In this document: positions 19,668-29,907 of the stretch, piece after piece
How the letters are laid out: each line of letters begins with the position of its first letter
Position numbering within the stretch: position 1 is the first letter of the stretch
Assembly (NCBI GenBank): GCA_016699975.1
Contig: CP064994.1
Location: 321,222-385,221 of the forward strand
From: Candidatus Moraniibacteriota bacterium
GTDB lineage: Bacteria > Patescibacteriota > Minisyncoccia > Moranbacterales > UBA1568
Direction of reading: 5' to 3'
Length of the DNA stretch: 64,000 nt
The notes under the pieces: generated by a model
Told to the model about the DNA's origin: nothing
Databases searched by the model: none
What the model saw: the letters and a program-made list of their open reading frames with translations, nothing else
Translations under genes and position numbers: made by a program

Positions 19668-20505
19668 ATGGCTATCCATGTTTATCGGAAAAATACGGCC
19701 GGACGAAGAAATATGTCCGTGGTGAGGCCTGAGGGGGGTGGCCTCTAGTTCTTCTCGTCCGGAAAAATCTTTGACGGTTTCACTGTCTAAGAAATCCGGT
19801 CGTTCCCATGGGAAAATTTCGGTAAGACACCGAGGCGGCGGCCATAAGCGACGCTATCGCCTCGTCGATTTCTTGGAAGAGACTCACCGGAATATTCCGG
19901 CGACGGTAGTTGCTCTTGAAAAAGATCCCAATCGTTCGGCGCTTATTGCGCTCCTTCAGTATGCAAATGGCGCTCGGGCGTATGTGCTTGCCGCTACGGG
20001 GCTCGCTGTTGGGTCCAAGGTTATGTGTGGTCCTGATGCTCCTGTCGGGCCAGGCAACCGCTTACCGATTCGTCGTATTCCGGTTGGAACCCTGGTATCG
20101 AATGTCGAATTGTTTCCCGGAAAAGGCGGACAGATTGCCCGAAGTGCAGGATCTCGCGTTACGCTTATGTCAATAGACGGCGAGAAGGCGCAGATCCGGC
20201 TTTCTTCTGGTGAGATCCGTTTGATTAACGTCGAGTGCTATGCTACCGTTGGCGAAGTAAGCAATTTTGAACATAGTGCGGAACGTATCGGGAAAGCTGG
20301 TCGAAGTCGGTGGAAAGGGCGACGTCCTGCCGTCCGAGGCACAGCCATGAATCCCGTTGACCATCCTCATGGAGGAGGGGAAGGACGGCAACCGCTTGGT
20401 ATGCATCCAAAAACTCCGTGGGGAAAGCCAGCTCTCGGAAAAAAGACTCGCAAAAGGAAAAAGTGGACCAATCAATATATCGTCAAACGTCGGTTCAAGA
20501 AATAG
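19668..20505 (+). CDS. rplB: 50S ribosomal protein L2; N-terminus split by a frame change at a G run
   Basis: ATG 19668 gives MAIHVYRKNTAGRRNMSVVRPEGG (canonical L2 N-terminus). After GGGGGG at 19733-19738 it continues in ORF 19738 (...VRHRGGGHKRRYRLVDF...HPHGGGEGR...). Confidence 0.85.
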
Positions 20506-20532
20506 CTTCGGAAATTTTCTCTACTTGATACT

Positions 20533-20883
20533 ATGTCTCGAAGTCTCAAAAAAGGACCCTATGTGGATGAACGAGTTCTTGCGAAAGTGAGAAATCGGAA
20601 GGCGAACGATCGCGGCGTCATAAAGACGTGGTCTCGTGCCTGTGTCATTACTCCGGAAATGATCGGCGTTACTTTCGGGGTGCACAATGGAAAAGAATTT
20701 CTTCAGGTATTTGTCACGGAAGATATGGTGGGACACCGTCTCGGCGAGTTCTCTCCGACTCGGAAGTTCACGCGTCACGGAGGAAAGATGCAGAAAGATA
20801 TTGAGACTGCTGCCAAACAGAAAGAGCTAGAAGCGTCGAAGGCGGCAAAGGCGGCTCCAAGCGGAGGCGGAAAGAAGAAATAA
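20533..20883 (+). CDS. rpsS: 30S ribosomal protein S19 with Lys/Ala-rich C-terminal extension
   Basis: ...[14 protein letters not shown]...[30 protein letters not shown]..., followed by a ~25-aa basic tail. Confidence 0.9.
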   Translation: MSRSLKKGPYVDERVLAKVRNRKANDRGVIKTWSRACVITPEMIGVTFGVHNGKEFLQVFVTEDMVGHRLGEFSPTRKFTRHGGKMQKDIETAAKQKELEASKAAKAAPSGGGKKK

Positions 20884-20918
20884 GCGGAATATTTTGGAAT
20901 GTGGCATAAGAAATTGGT

Positions 20919-21443
20919 ATGGTATTTGAAGCTCAACTCAACAATTTGCGAATTTCACCGAGAAAGGTGCGCGTGGTAGCGGGTATGCTTCCCGGACTTT
21001 CCGTACGGGAAGCCGAGAAGCAGCTAACTCAAGAACTTCGACGCGCTGCTCTTCCGCTCAGAAAACTTCTTTTGAGTGCTGCATCTAACGCGGAACACAA
21101 CTTTCAGGCGGTTCCTGCAAACCTTTTGGTTTCGAAGGTGGTGGTAAATGAGGGAAAAAAACTGAAACGATGGCTTCCTCGGGCGCAAGGTCGTGCCACA
21201 CCTCTCTGGAAAAGAATGTCTCATGTGAGCATTACGCTTCGAGAAGAGGTCCCTGGATTGAAAGAAGAGCAGAACACGGAGAGTCATGTCGACCGAGGAG
21301 GTAAGAAAAAGAAAAAATCTTCCGACGCTTCTGCGCAGACCTCTTCGAAGACCCGTTCTTTTTCCGGAGAAAAAAGCGTGACGACGAAAGGTTCTTCTGG
21401 AAAACGCTCATCCCGATCTCTGTTTCATAGAAAATCGGTTTAG
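20919..21443 (+). CDS. rplV: 50S ribosomal protein L22 with ~60-aa Lys/Ser-rich C-terminal extension
   Basis: L22 core ...ISPRKVRVVAGMLPGLSVREAEKQL..., then a low-complexity tail GGKKKKKSSDASAQTSSKTRS... Confidence 0.85.
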   Translation: MVFEAQLNNLRISPRKVRVVAGMLPGLSVREAEKQLTQELRRAALPLRKLLLSAASNAEHNFQAVPANLLVSKVVVNEGKKLKRWLPRAQGRATPLWKRMSHVSITLREEVPGLKEEQNTESHVDRGGKKKKKSSDASAQTSSKTRSFSGEKSVTTKGSSGKRSSRSLFHRKSV

Positions 21444-21545
21444 AAGAGAAGAAGATTCTTGTAAAGCAATAAAAAAACGATGAACGAGGAGGCAAGCCCT
21501 CAACGAATGTAAAAAACTCTCTGTATTTTTCTTCCCCTTTCTTTT

Positions 21546-22187
21546 ATGGGTCACAAAGCAAATCCAATTGGACTGAGAATCGGAATCACGACGTCCTGGC
21601 GCTCGCGATGGTTTGCCGATCGTTTGTACCAAAAAAATCTTCGCGAAGATATCTTGATTCGAGAATACATTCTTTCTAAATGGAAGAACGCCGCGATTGC
21701 ATTTGTTGAAATTGAGCGATCATCAGGATCTTTGCGACTTATCATCGGCACCTCTCGACCGGGAGTCCTTATTGGTCGTGGAGGAACGGGGGTTGAAGAT
21801 TTGACTCGTTCAGTAAAGCGGCAGTTTTTCCGCGGAAAAAGGCTGGATCTCAAAATTGATATTCAGGAGGTAAAGCATTTCGAAGAGAATGCGTTGCTCG
21901 TCGCCGAACAAGTTGCGGAACAGCTAGAGCGTCGTCTGCCGTTTCGTCGCGTTCTTAAGGGAACGCTTGATCAGGTGGAAAAAAATCGTCTCATTCGCGG
22001 CGTAAAAATTGAGATCTCTGGTCGCCTAGGAGGAGCGGAAATGTCTCGCAGAGAATGGCTTTCTCGAGGAACCCTTCCTCTCCACACGCTCCGCGCTGAT
22101 ATCGACTTTGCTCGTGCAACGGCAAGGACGACGTACGGAGCGATCGGCGTGAAGGTGTGGCTGTACCGAGGAGAAAAATTTGATTAA
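21546..22187 (+). CDS. rpsC: 30S ribosomal protein S3
   Basis: MGHKANPIGLRIGITTSWRSRWFA..., followed by KH-domain GRGGTGVE. Confidence 0.9.
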   Translation: MGHKANPIGLRIGITTSWRSRWFADRLYQKNLREDILIREYILSKWKNAAIAFVEIERSSGSLRLIIGTSRPGVLIGRGGTGVEDLTRSVKRQFFRGKRLDLKIDIQEVKHFEENALLVAEQVAEQLERRLPFRRVLKGTLDQVEKNRLIRGVKIEISGRLGGAEMSRREWLSRGTLPLHTLRADIDFARATARTTYGAIGVKVWLYRGEKFD

Positions 22188-22251
22188 TTTCCAAAAAGGA
22201 GAAAGTTGATATTGTTGTGTTGTACGACCGTTCAAGAAGAAGATACCGCAT

Positions 22252-22665
22252 ATGTTAATGCCCAGAAAAGTAAAACATAGGAAGATGCACCGCGGCGGGA
22301 AAGTCGAGGGAAAATGCTATTCCGGAGACCGCTTAAGTTTCGGAAGTTTTGGACTCAAAGCAACCGAAGCTGGTCTTATTTCGGCTCGTCAAATTGAAGC
22401 GGCTCGTCGAGCTATGACGCGCTATATTGCACGAGGAGGGAAGGTTTGGATCCGCATCTTTCCCGACAAACCTATGACCAAGAAAGGAGACGAAATTCCG
22501 ATGGGAAAAGGAAAGGGAGCAGTCGATCATTTCGTCGCAAAAATATTTGCAGGTCGTATTCTTTTTGAAATGGATGGAGTTCCCAAAGAAACCGCTGAAA
22601 AGGCAATGAAGCTCGCTTCGTATAAACTCTGTGTGAAAACCAAGTTTCTCGCTTCGGAAAAGTGA
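22252..22665 (+). CDS. rplP: 50S ribosomal protein L16
   Basis: [16 protein letters not shown]...[13 protein letters not shown]... Confidence 0.9.
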   Translation: MLMPRKVKHRKMHRGGKVEGKCYSGDRLSFGSFGLKATEAGLISARQIEAARRAMTRYIARGGKVWIRIFPDKPMTKKGDEIPMGKGKGAVDHFVAKIFAGRILFEMDGVPKETAEKAMKLASYKLCVKTKFLASEK

Positions 22666-22710
22666 AAGACTTGATTTTCCTGCTCACATGCGATACACTG
22701 AAAAATCACT

Positions 22711-23016
22711 ATGCGCGTACAAGACATCCGAGAAAAAAATTTAGAAGAACTTCGTGAATCTCTTCGTGAGAGCTGCGAAAAGTTGCGCACGGTTCGATTC
22801 AGTATTGCCCAAAACGAGACAAAAAATCATCGTGAACACCGTCATATTCGACGTTCGATCGCTCGAATGCAGAGTGTCCTTCGTGAACGAGCCCTTGTTT
22901 TCATAAGCGCCCACTATGACTCCTCAGAAATCCACAAATTCGACAACAAAAGCCCCTATTTTTCGTGGGGTCGTGGTGAGCAAAGCGCAGGAAAAGACGC
23001 TTGTCGTTTCTGTTGA
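22711..23016 (+). CDS. rpmC: 50S ribosomal protein L29; the ORF as assembled reads through into rpsQ, with the true stop probably near 22904-22906
   Basis: L29 core MRVQDIREKNLEELRESL...SIARMQSVLRERAL is ~65 aa. A TTTT run at 22898-22901 precedes an out-of-frame TAA. Removing one T yields ...RERALVS-stop, a normal L29 length. As assembled, the ORF overlaps rpsQ by ~100 nt. Confidence 0.75.
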   Translation: MRVQDIREKNLEELRESLRESCEKLRTVRFSIAQNETKNHREHRHIRRSIARMQSVLRERALVFISAHYDSSEIHKFDNKSPYFSWGRGEQSAGKDACRFC

Positions 23017-23185
23017 AACACTGAAGACGCATCCGAAATATCGCAAGAAATATCGTTCGACAAAACGTTATCAGGTGCACAATCCAGAAAATAAATTTTC
23101 GGTAGGAGAGACTGTAGAATTTCGAGAATGCCCTCCAGTAAGTCGAAAGAAACGACATCGTGTTCTGGGCAACTCGGCTCAGTGA
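22916..23185 (+). CDS. rpsQ: 30S ribosomal protein S17
   Basis: ...IFRGVVVSKAQEKTLVVSVETLKTHPKYRKKYRSTKRYQVHNPENKFSVGETVEFRECPPVSRKK... Confidence 0.85.
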   Translation: MTPQKSTNSTTKAPIFRGVVVSKAQEKTLVVSVETLKTHPKYRKKYRSTKRYQVHNPENKFSVGETVEFRECPPVSRKKRHRVLGNSAQ

Positions 23186-23257
23186 TGCTACTGCCCTGAG
23201 GGAAGGAAAAGAGGAAGAGAAACAAATCTATTGATACTCGGTGATTTTTTGGACATT

Positions 23258-23623
23258 ATGATTCAAGCGGAGACAAAATTGACGGTCGCAGATAATACAG
23301 GAGCGAATGTGATCGAGTGCTTTAAAGTGCTTGGTGGAAGTCGGCGCCGCTATGCGGCGCTCGGAGATATTATTGTGGCGTCCGTAAAATCTGCTCAACC
23401 GCGAGGATCGGTGAAAAAAGGGGATAAGGTGAAAGCGGTTATTGTTCGGCAGGCCGAGGCGTATCGACGCAAGGATAATTCCTATATTCGTTTTGACGAG
23501 AACGCGGCGGTTATTGTGGATGGAACAGATCCGAAGGGTACTCGAGTATTCGGTCCGATTGCTCGTGAAGTGCGTGATCGTGGTTTCAGTAAAATTGTTT
23601 CACTTGCTCCGGAAGTTCTGTAA
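23258..23623 (+). CDS. rplN: 50S ribosomal protein L14
   Basis: [17 protein letters not shown]... starts at the internal ATG 23258 of ORF 23231; 122 aa. Confidence 0.9.
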   Translation: MIQAETKLTVADNTGANVIECFKVLGGSRRRYAALGDIIVASVKSAQPRGSVKKGDKVKAVIVRQAEAYRRKDNSYIRFDENAAVIVDGTDPKGTRVFGPIAREVRDRGFSKIVSLAPEVL

Positions 23624-23639
23624 GAGAATCTGATATCTT

Positions 23640-23948
23640 ATGAAATTTAAGAAAGGAGATACCATTCAAATGATAGCGGGAAAAGATAAAGGAAAACGGG
23701 GAACCGTTCTCCGTATTTTTCCTTCCCTTTTGAAAATGACCGTTGAGGGAGTGAATATTCGAAAGAAACATATTCGATCTCGCAAGGAGGGCTCTCCAGG
23801 AGAGAGAGTGGAATTTCCGGCAGCATTCTCAGTCGAAAAAGCAATGTTGGTCTGTCCTCATACCGATAAGCCTACTCGTATCGGGTATCGGTTTGAGGGA
23901 GGCGAAAAGATTCGCATCAGCAAACGATCCGGAAAACCCCTCGCATAA
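23640..23948 (+). CDS. rplX: 50S ribosomal protein L24
   Basis: MKFKKGDTIQMIAGKDKGKRGTVLRIF... (KOW motif). Confidence 0.9.
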   Translation: MKFKKGDTIQMIAGKDKGKRGTVLRIFPSLLKMTVEGVNIRKKHIRSRKEGSPGERVEFPAAFSVEKAMLVCPHTDKPTRIGYRFEGGEKIRISKRSGKPLA

Positions 23949-23987
23949 TTTCTTCGTACTCAGATTTTTTGTCTGCCGGTTATCTCT

Positions 23988-24551
23988 ATGGAAAAAGTCG
24001 ACGTCAACATTTCGCTCAAAGAGTTGTATCGGACAAATATTGTTCCGAAGATTTTAGAGTCGTCCAAAAAGAAGAATGTATGTGCCGTTCCTCGCGTTGT
24101 GAAGGTTGTTATAAACGCGGGAATAGGAAAGTTTCTCAAAGAGGAGTCCCGAGTTGAAGAAATTGTTCAGTCGATTACCGAAATTGCGGGACAAAAACCG
24201 GTCTTCACGAAAGCAAAAAAAGCTATTGCAGGATTTAAGATTCGCGAAGGATTGCCCGTTGGAGTCATGGTTACTCTTCGAGGAGAGCGGATGTGGAGCT
24301 TTCTTGATCGCCTCATTAAAACTGCGTTTCCTCGTGTTCGTGATTTTCAGGGAATCGCTCCCTCGGTTGTTGATGGAAACGGGCACATTAATGTAGGAAT
24401 TCGAGAGCACAGCGTTTTTCCGGAAATTATTCCAGAGAAAGTTCAGACACCGTTTAGCCTTCAGATTACCCTTGTGACGACTGCACATTCTCAAGAAGAA
24501 GGACAGAAACTGGCAAGAATGTTGGGATTTCCCTTGCAATCTTCTCACTAA
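23988..24551 (+). CDS. rplE: 50S ribosomal protein L5
   Basis: ...LKELYRTNIVPKILE...VVINAGIGK...GFKIREGLPVGVMVTLRGERMW... Confidence 0.9.
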   Translation: MEKVDVNISLKELYRTNIVPKILESSKKKNVCAVPRVVKVVINAGIGKFLKEESRVEEIVQSITEIAGQKPVFTKAKKAIAGFKIREGLPVGVMVTLRGERMWSFLDRLIKTAFPRVRDFQGIAPSVVDGNGHINVGIREHSVFPEIIPEKVQTPFSLQITLVTTAHSQEEGQKLARMLGFPLQSSH

Positions 24552-24590
24552 AATTTTCTTTCGAACACCCGATTCCCCTTTCTTTTTTCT

Positions 24591-24776
24591 ATGGCAAAGA
24601 CATCCACCGCAGCTCGAGCTCGAAAAAAACCGAAGTTTTCTACACGCATCGTTCGACGGTGTTGGCGATGTGGAAGAAAACATGGCTATTTGCGAAAATT
24701 CGATCTCTGCAGAATTTGTTTTCGAGAACTGGCGAGTCGGGGAGAGGTGCCGGGAATAAGAAAATCTTCGTGGTAA
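24591..24776 (+). CDS. rpsZ: 30S ribosomal protein S14 type Z (zinc-binding, 61 aa)
   Basis: ...[27 protein letters not shown]... is a C4 zinc knuckle. Confidence 0.9.
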   Translation: MAKTSTAARARKKPKFSTRIVRRCWRCGRKHGYLRKFDLCRICFRELASRGEVPGIRKSSW

Positions 24777-24864
24777 TGTTGTCGGAAGAAGGTCAAAAAT
24801 AAACTCTCATGCGAAACCATTCTTGAAGCGAGTAACTCGACTTCTCTGTAAATCTCACGTCTCT

Positions 24865-25269
24865 ATGGATCAAATAGCGAACATGCTGACCAGTATTCGA
24901 AACGCTCAACGTGCCGGCCACGAATCGGTGACGTTTCCTTCTTCTCGATTGAAACTCTCCATTGCTCGCATACTCGAACGCAAAGGGTTTGTAGAGAAGG
25001 TGGAAGAAATTTCTGAGAATGAAATAGCGCCTCTCCTTCGGGTGAATCTTCGATATCATCGTCTTTCTCCGACGGAACTTGACCCAGCTATTCGGGGGAT
25101 TCGGCGAGTAAGTCGATTGGGTCAACGTCGCTACGTACATCGAAATGAAATCCGGAAAGTGAAGAATGGATACGGCTTTGCCATCATTTCTACACCGAAG
25201 GGTGTTATGACTGGCTCAGAGGCGTATCATGCCGGACTTGGCGGAGAATACATTTGTGATGTATGGTAA
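24865..25269 (+). CDS. rpsH: 30S ribosomal protein S8
   Basis: MDQIANMLTSIRNAQRAGHESV... starts at the in-frame ATG 24865 of ORF 24823. Confidence 0.9.
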   Translation: MDQIANMLTSIRNAQRAGHESVTFPSSRLKLSIARILERKGFVEKVEEISENEIAPLLRVNLRYHRLSPTELDPAIRGIRRVSRLGQRRYVHRNEIRKVKNGYGFAIISTPKGVMTGSEAYHAGLGGEYICDVW

Positions 25270-25332
25270 AGTGATTTGAGAGGTGAGAGATAGATGGATG
25301 GATAGAACGGATTTTTGCCCTCTTCAATAGTT

Positions 25333-25869
25333 ATGAGTAGAATCGGAAAACAATCTGTGATGATACCCGCAGGCGTCGAAGTCGTGCTTTCGGGGAATAA
25401 GCTCTCCGTGAAAGGTCCGAAGGGAGCCCTTTCCTTGCTTCACCACTATGAAGTTTCTGTGGTGATTGATGGGGAAGAAATTCGCGTCCAAAAGACGGGC
25501 AAATCGAAAATGGCCCCTGCTCTCTGGGGAACGACGGTACGACTGATTCAGAATATGATAACCGGCGTGACGCAGGGATTCTCGAAGCAACTTGAACTCA
25601 ACGGTGTGGGATATCGCATGTCGCTTCAGGGTCAAAAATTGGTGTTTGCGCTTGGATTTTCGCATCCCGTTGAAGTCGTGGTTGCTCCCGGGTTGTCGGC
25701 AAGCATAGAAAACAATGTGCTTACTGTTTCTGGGATTGATCGTCAACAGGTGGGACAATTCTCGGCGGAAATAAAAAAACTGAAGCCGGTAGAGCCATAT
25801 AAGGGAAAAGGATTTCGCTATGTAGGGGAAACCGTTCTGAAGAAGGAAGGGAAGAAGTCGGCTGCCTAA
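25333..25869 (+). CDS. rplF: 50S ribosomal protein L6
   Basis: MSRIGKQSVMIPAGVEVVLSGNKLSVKGPKG... Confidence 0.9.
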   Translation: MSRIGKQSVMIPAGVEVVLSGNKLSVKGPKGALSLLHHYEVSVVIDGEEIRVQKTGKSKMAPALWGTTVRLIQNMITGVTQGFSKQLELNGVGYRMSLQGQKLVFALGFSHPVEVVVAPGLSASIENNVLTVSGIDRQQVGQFSAEIKKLKPVEPYKGKGFRYVGETVLKKEGKKSAA

Positions 25870-25911
25870 GTTTAATTCAAGGCCTCTTGGGGAGCGTGTC
25901 GCAATTATATT

Positions 25912-26280
25912 TTGAGCGTTATGGCACAGTCAGTTTCACTTTCGGGAAGAAGACGTTTTCGAAAACTTCGCGTTCGATCTCGTGTTTCGGGCACTGCTTC
26001 ACGGCCCCGTCTTTCTGTGTTTCCTAGTTGGCGCTCATTCTCAATTCAAGCAATCGATGATGTTTCAGAAAAAACGATTGCCTCCGCGTCTCTTCGCGAG
26101 GTTTCTGAAAAGGATCGACACAATACTACAGAAGGGGCGCGTGAGGTGGGAAAGCTTCTTTCAAAAAAATGTCTTGCTCTTGGAATATCGGCGGGCGTAT
26201 TCGATCGAAATGGATATCGTTACCATGGACGAGTGCGTGCGGCTGCGGAGGGAATTCGCGAGGGCGGAATTACTGTCTAA
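25912..26280 (+). CDS. rplR: 50S ribosomal protein L18
   Basis: ...RPRLSVFPSWRSFSIQAIDD... and the rplF-rplR-rpsE order. Confidence 0.85.
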   Translation: MSVMAQSVSLSGRRRFRKLRVRSRVSGTASRPRLSVFPSWRSFSIQAIDDVSEKTIASASLREVSEKDRHNTTEGAREVGKLLSKKCLALGISAGVFDRNGYRYHGRVRAAAEGIREGGITV

Positions 26281-26303
26281 AAAAAGAGATCCTGACCCCC
26301 TAA

Positions 26304-26885
26304 TTGAAATTTATTTCGGATGAATTTATGTCGAAGCAGATGAGAAAACCGAAGCGGAGAGAGAAGCCGGAATATGACCAAAAGCTTCTCAATTTGGCCC
26401 GAGTAACGCGGGTCGTAAAGGGCGGACGCCGCTTTCGTTTTCGTGCTACCCTCGTTATCGGAAACCGAAAAGGTAAGGTTGGAGTTGGCGTGGCAAAAGG
26501 CTCTGATGTTTCCGATGCTATTCAAAAGTCGTTTAACGATGCGAAGCGGAATATGATATCGGTAACGCTTCTTGGATCTACCATTCCTCACGATGTTCGT
26601 GAAAAACGAGGAAGTGCTGTCGTTTTGTTGAAGCCTGGCGGAGCAGGTCAGGGTATTATTGCTGGTGGAGCGGTCCGAGCCGTTATGGATCTCGCGGGAG
26701 TAAAGGATATTGTCTCGAAATCGCTTGGTGCTTCGAATCCTCTGAATGTAGCGAGGGCCACGGTCGCGGCACTCTCTCAGTTGAGAGTGAAAGAGAGACC
26801 GGTTTCTGATCGCACTCTTCTTCATGAAGCCAATGAACACGTTTCCGAAGCTCAACCTTCTGATGAGAGTACCGTTTTGAACTAG
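26304..26885 (+). CDS. rpsE: 30S ribosomal protein S5 (start may be the ATG at 26328)
   Basis: ...LARVTRVVKGGRRFRFRATLVIGNRKGKVGVGVAKGSDVSDAIQKS... Confidence 0.9.
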   Translation: MKFISDEFMSKQMRKPKRREKPEYDQKLLNLARVTRVVKGGRRFRFRATLVIGNRKGKVGVGVAKGSDVSDAIQKSFNDAKRNMISVTLLGSTIPHDVREKRGSAVVLLKPGGAGQGIIAGGAVRAVMDLAGVKDIVSKSLGASNPLNVARATVAALSQLRVKERPVSDRTLLHEANEHVSEAQPSDESTVLN

Positions 26886-26895
26886 ATGCTGTTTT

Positions 26896-27351
26896 ATGCA
26901 AATTCATGAAATAGGAGGAGAGAAAAAACGACGCAAACGCATCGGCCGCGGTGGAAAGCGTGGTACGTATTCCGGCAAAGGAAATAAAGGCCAGAAAGCG
27001 CGATCCGGAGCTCATGTGAACCCACTTTTTGAAGGAGGGCGTTCTTCTTTGGTTGAGAGACTGAAAAAAGTTCGAGGGTTTAAATCTCCGCATCCGAAGA
27101 AGAGTTTTGTAAAATTGTCCGATGTGGCTCGTATGTTCTCGGCGGGAGAAACGGTGTCCCTCGATACTTTGCTCGAAAAGCGAATGGTTTCCACAGACGC
27201 TCTGAAGCGGGGTTGCAAAGTTATTGGTTCGGGAGTCCTTCCAAAGAATCTTATTTTCGAGAGTGTGCTTTCATTTTCGGACGGAGCAAAAGCGTGTATA
27301 GAAGAGCACAAAGGGCTCATTCGGGAATCTCCTGAGGAAAAAGAAGCATAA
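26896..27351 (+). CDS. rplO: 50S ribosomal protein L15
   Basis: ...KKRRKRIGRGGKRGTYSGKGNKGQKARSG... follows rpsE directly, with no L30 gene between. Confidence 0.9.
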   Translation: MQIHEIGGEKKRRKRIGRGGKRGTYSGKGNKGQKARSGAHVNPLFEGGRSSLVERLKKVRGFKSPHPKKSFVKLSDVARMFSAGETVSLDTLLEKRMVSTDALKRGCKVIGSGVLPKNLIFESVLSFSDGAKACIEEHKGLIRESPEEKEA

Positions 27352-27409
27352 AACGTTTCTCAAAAGTAGTGAGAGTGAAGTTCGGGTACGGTCCACTTCT
27401 TTCAAAAAT

Positions 27410-28688
27410 ATGTACGCGGCACTCGTTCGGATTTTTTCCGAAAAAGAAATACGAAAAAAACTCATTTTCATTCTCGGGATGCTCGTTGTTTATCGTGTGG
27501 CAGCGACGATTCCGCTTCCCGGTGTTGATGTGGCACGACTCGAGCGATTCTTTGATGAAAATCAATTCCTGGGCCTTCTCAATGTCTTTTCGGGGGCGGT
27601 TTGAGCAATGTCTCGATCGTGCTTTTGGGGTTGCTCCATACATTACAGCGTCCATTATTATGCAGCTCCTCACCACGGTTATTCCGCGAGTGGAGCAAAT
27701 GTACAAAGAAGAAGGAGAGATCGGTCGACAGAAGTTCAACATGATTACTCGCTGGCTCACGATACCGCTCGCCGTGCTCCAGACGTTTAGCATGATCGCG
27801 CTTCTTAAGTCACAGGGGGTTTTGGGTATCGTCACCCCTTTTGATACAGCGGCCATGGTAATGATTGCCACGGCCGGTACAATTTTCCTGATGTGGCTCG
27901 GCGAGCTTATCACGGAGAAGGGGCTTGGGAACGGTGTCTCCATTTTGATCTTTGCGGGAATCATGGCCGGAATTCCCGGAATTCTATTTCAATTTTTTGA
28001 CACGCTCGGACAAAATCCGGATGATTTTTTCAATACGATAGTTTTTGGAGCGGTAGCGCTTCTTATGGTTGCGGGCGTCGTATTTGTGAATGAGGCGCAA
28101 AGAATCATTCCTATTTCGTACGCGAAACGTATTCGTGGGGGCGTTGCGGCTGCGGGTACTTCAACGCATTTGCCGCTTCGGGTAAATCAGGCCGGTGTTA
28201 TCCCTATTATTTTTTCTGTGTCGCTCGTGGTTCTTCCTACCGTAGCTGCGGGCTACTTGATGCAAAATTCCGGAAACGTTACCGTCGCACAGGCGGCCTC
28301 TTTTGTGTACTACCTTTTCCAGAACATGTGGTTTTACGGAATATTTTATTTTGTTCTGGTTGTGCTGTTTACGTATTTTTATACGGCTGTTATTTTTGAT
28401 CCGACAAAAATTGCCGAGAATCTCCAGAAACAAGGAGGCTATATTCCTGGAATACGACCAGGGACGCCCACAGTTGAATATCTTTCGAAAGTATTGGGTC
28501 ATGTAACACTTGTTGGCGCTCTTTTCTTGGGGACAGTTGCGGTTTTGCCGATTGCGGTTCAGGGACTCACCGGAGTGCAGTCTCTCACTATCGGAGGAAT
28601 CAGTATTCTCATCGTGGTTTCGGTAGTTCTTGAGATGGTGAAACATATTCAGAGTCAGCTGGCTATGCGAAGTTACGAGGGTTTTTGA
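27410..28688 (+). CDS. secY: preprotein translocase subunit SecY; two single-base frame changes near the 5' end
   Basis: N-term MYAALVRIFSEKEIRKKLIFILGMLVVYRVAATIPLPGVD... (ORF 27410-27604) continues as ...GGLSNVSIVLLG... (a third frame) and then ...VAPYITASIIMQLL... (ORF 27369-28688). The switches fall at G runs ~27592-27596 and ~27627-27630. Confidence 0.85.
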
Positions 28689-28994
28689 TCAACTCTTTTT
28701 TCTCAATTCAAAAGATTATCCTTTTAGGTTTCTGCTCCTCTTTTTCTATAAAGATACCGAGGAAAAAAAGTATTTCTTGGTTTGCGTCGGGATTTTTCTG
28801 TAGAGGGCGTACTGGAATGAGTTTCCTTCTTGGATAAAAACGACATCTCTTTCTCTTTGTTCTTACCTCGGTTGAGCTCCGATTTTCTGTGTCAGGAGAT
28901 TCGCAGAGGAAGCTCCCCTCATTGTTCATGAGGAACTTTGATAGAAGAAGAAAGAATCATTGTGTGATACTGCTCTTTCGAAACGTTTTTCTTT

Positions 28995-29668
28995 ATGAAT
29001 CATCCTCGAACAGTTATTCTTTTGGGTCCTCCGGGAAGTGGGAAAAGTACGCAGGCGAGCGCCATGGTTCGAGAGATGGATGCGGTACATATCGATATCG
29101 GGCTTGCACTTCGCAAAACCGCCGAACTTCCTACCCCGCTCGGAAGAAAGGTTTCCGAAATCATGAATCACCGCATGGGACTCGTGCCGGATGATATAGT
29201 GGAAGAGGTACTCTCGGGAGCCCTTGTTGCAATTCCAGGAGAAGCATTGGTGGTGCTCGACGGTGTGCCTCGGCGTTTGGAGCAAATTTCTTTGGTGGAT
29301 TCGATTCTTTCAGTCTTTGGGCGAACCATTGGAGCGGTGATCTCGATGACGCTTCCCGAAGAAGAAGTTCTGAAGAGAATTGGGTTACGGCGCTTCTGTA
29401 AAGTATGTGGCCGACCCATTCCTCCAGAAGGGCCTCTCATTACGGCTTGTCCTTCTTGCGGAGGCGAACTTCTAAAAGAAAAGACGATACCGAAGAAGGA
29501 GTGCGGAAACGATTCTCGGTCTTTCGCTCGAATACTGCTCCCGTTCTTGAATACTATCGAGCCAAAGGATTATTGTATGAAGTAGATGGCCTCAAAAGTC
29601 CGGAAGCTCTGTTTGAGGATATTCGAAGAGTGCTTTCAAGTGAGCCCTCTCGTGATTCTCTCGTTTGA
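28995..29668 (+). CDS. adk: adenylate kinase (zinc-lid type); one frame change
   Basis: ...ILLGPPGSGKSTQA..., CPSCGG lid in ORF 28995, C-term ...RKDDTEEGVRKRFSVFRSNTAPVLEYYRAKGLLYEVDG... in ORF 29405. The switch is at an A run ~29475-29478. Confidence 0.85.
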
Positions 29669-29907
29669 TATTTTCTCATTGTCCGAAAGGATCATATCTC
29701 GGTCGCGGCTCGTACAGATTTTTCCGACGCGAGACAAAAACTTTTCACCTTCTCTATTTTTTGCCGAACAACTTTTTATTGAAACTCCTCCTTCGCTTTC
29801 ATATTTTCCAATCGAAATGTACTAACGCTCGAACGAGAGAGTAAAACAAGCTCTGGAATGAGAGAAATCGTTCTGCAGACAGGATTCAACCTTTTTATCT
29901 TACTGAT

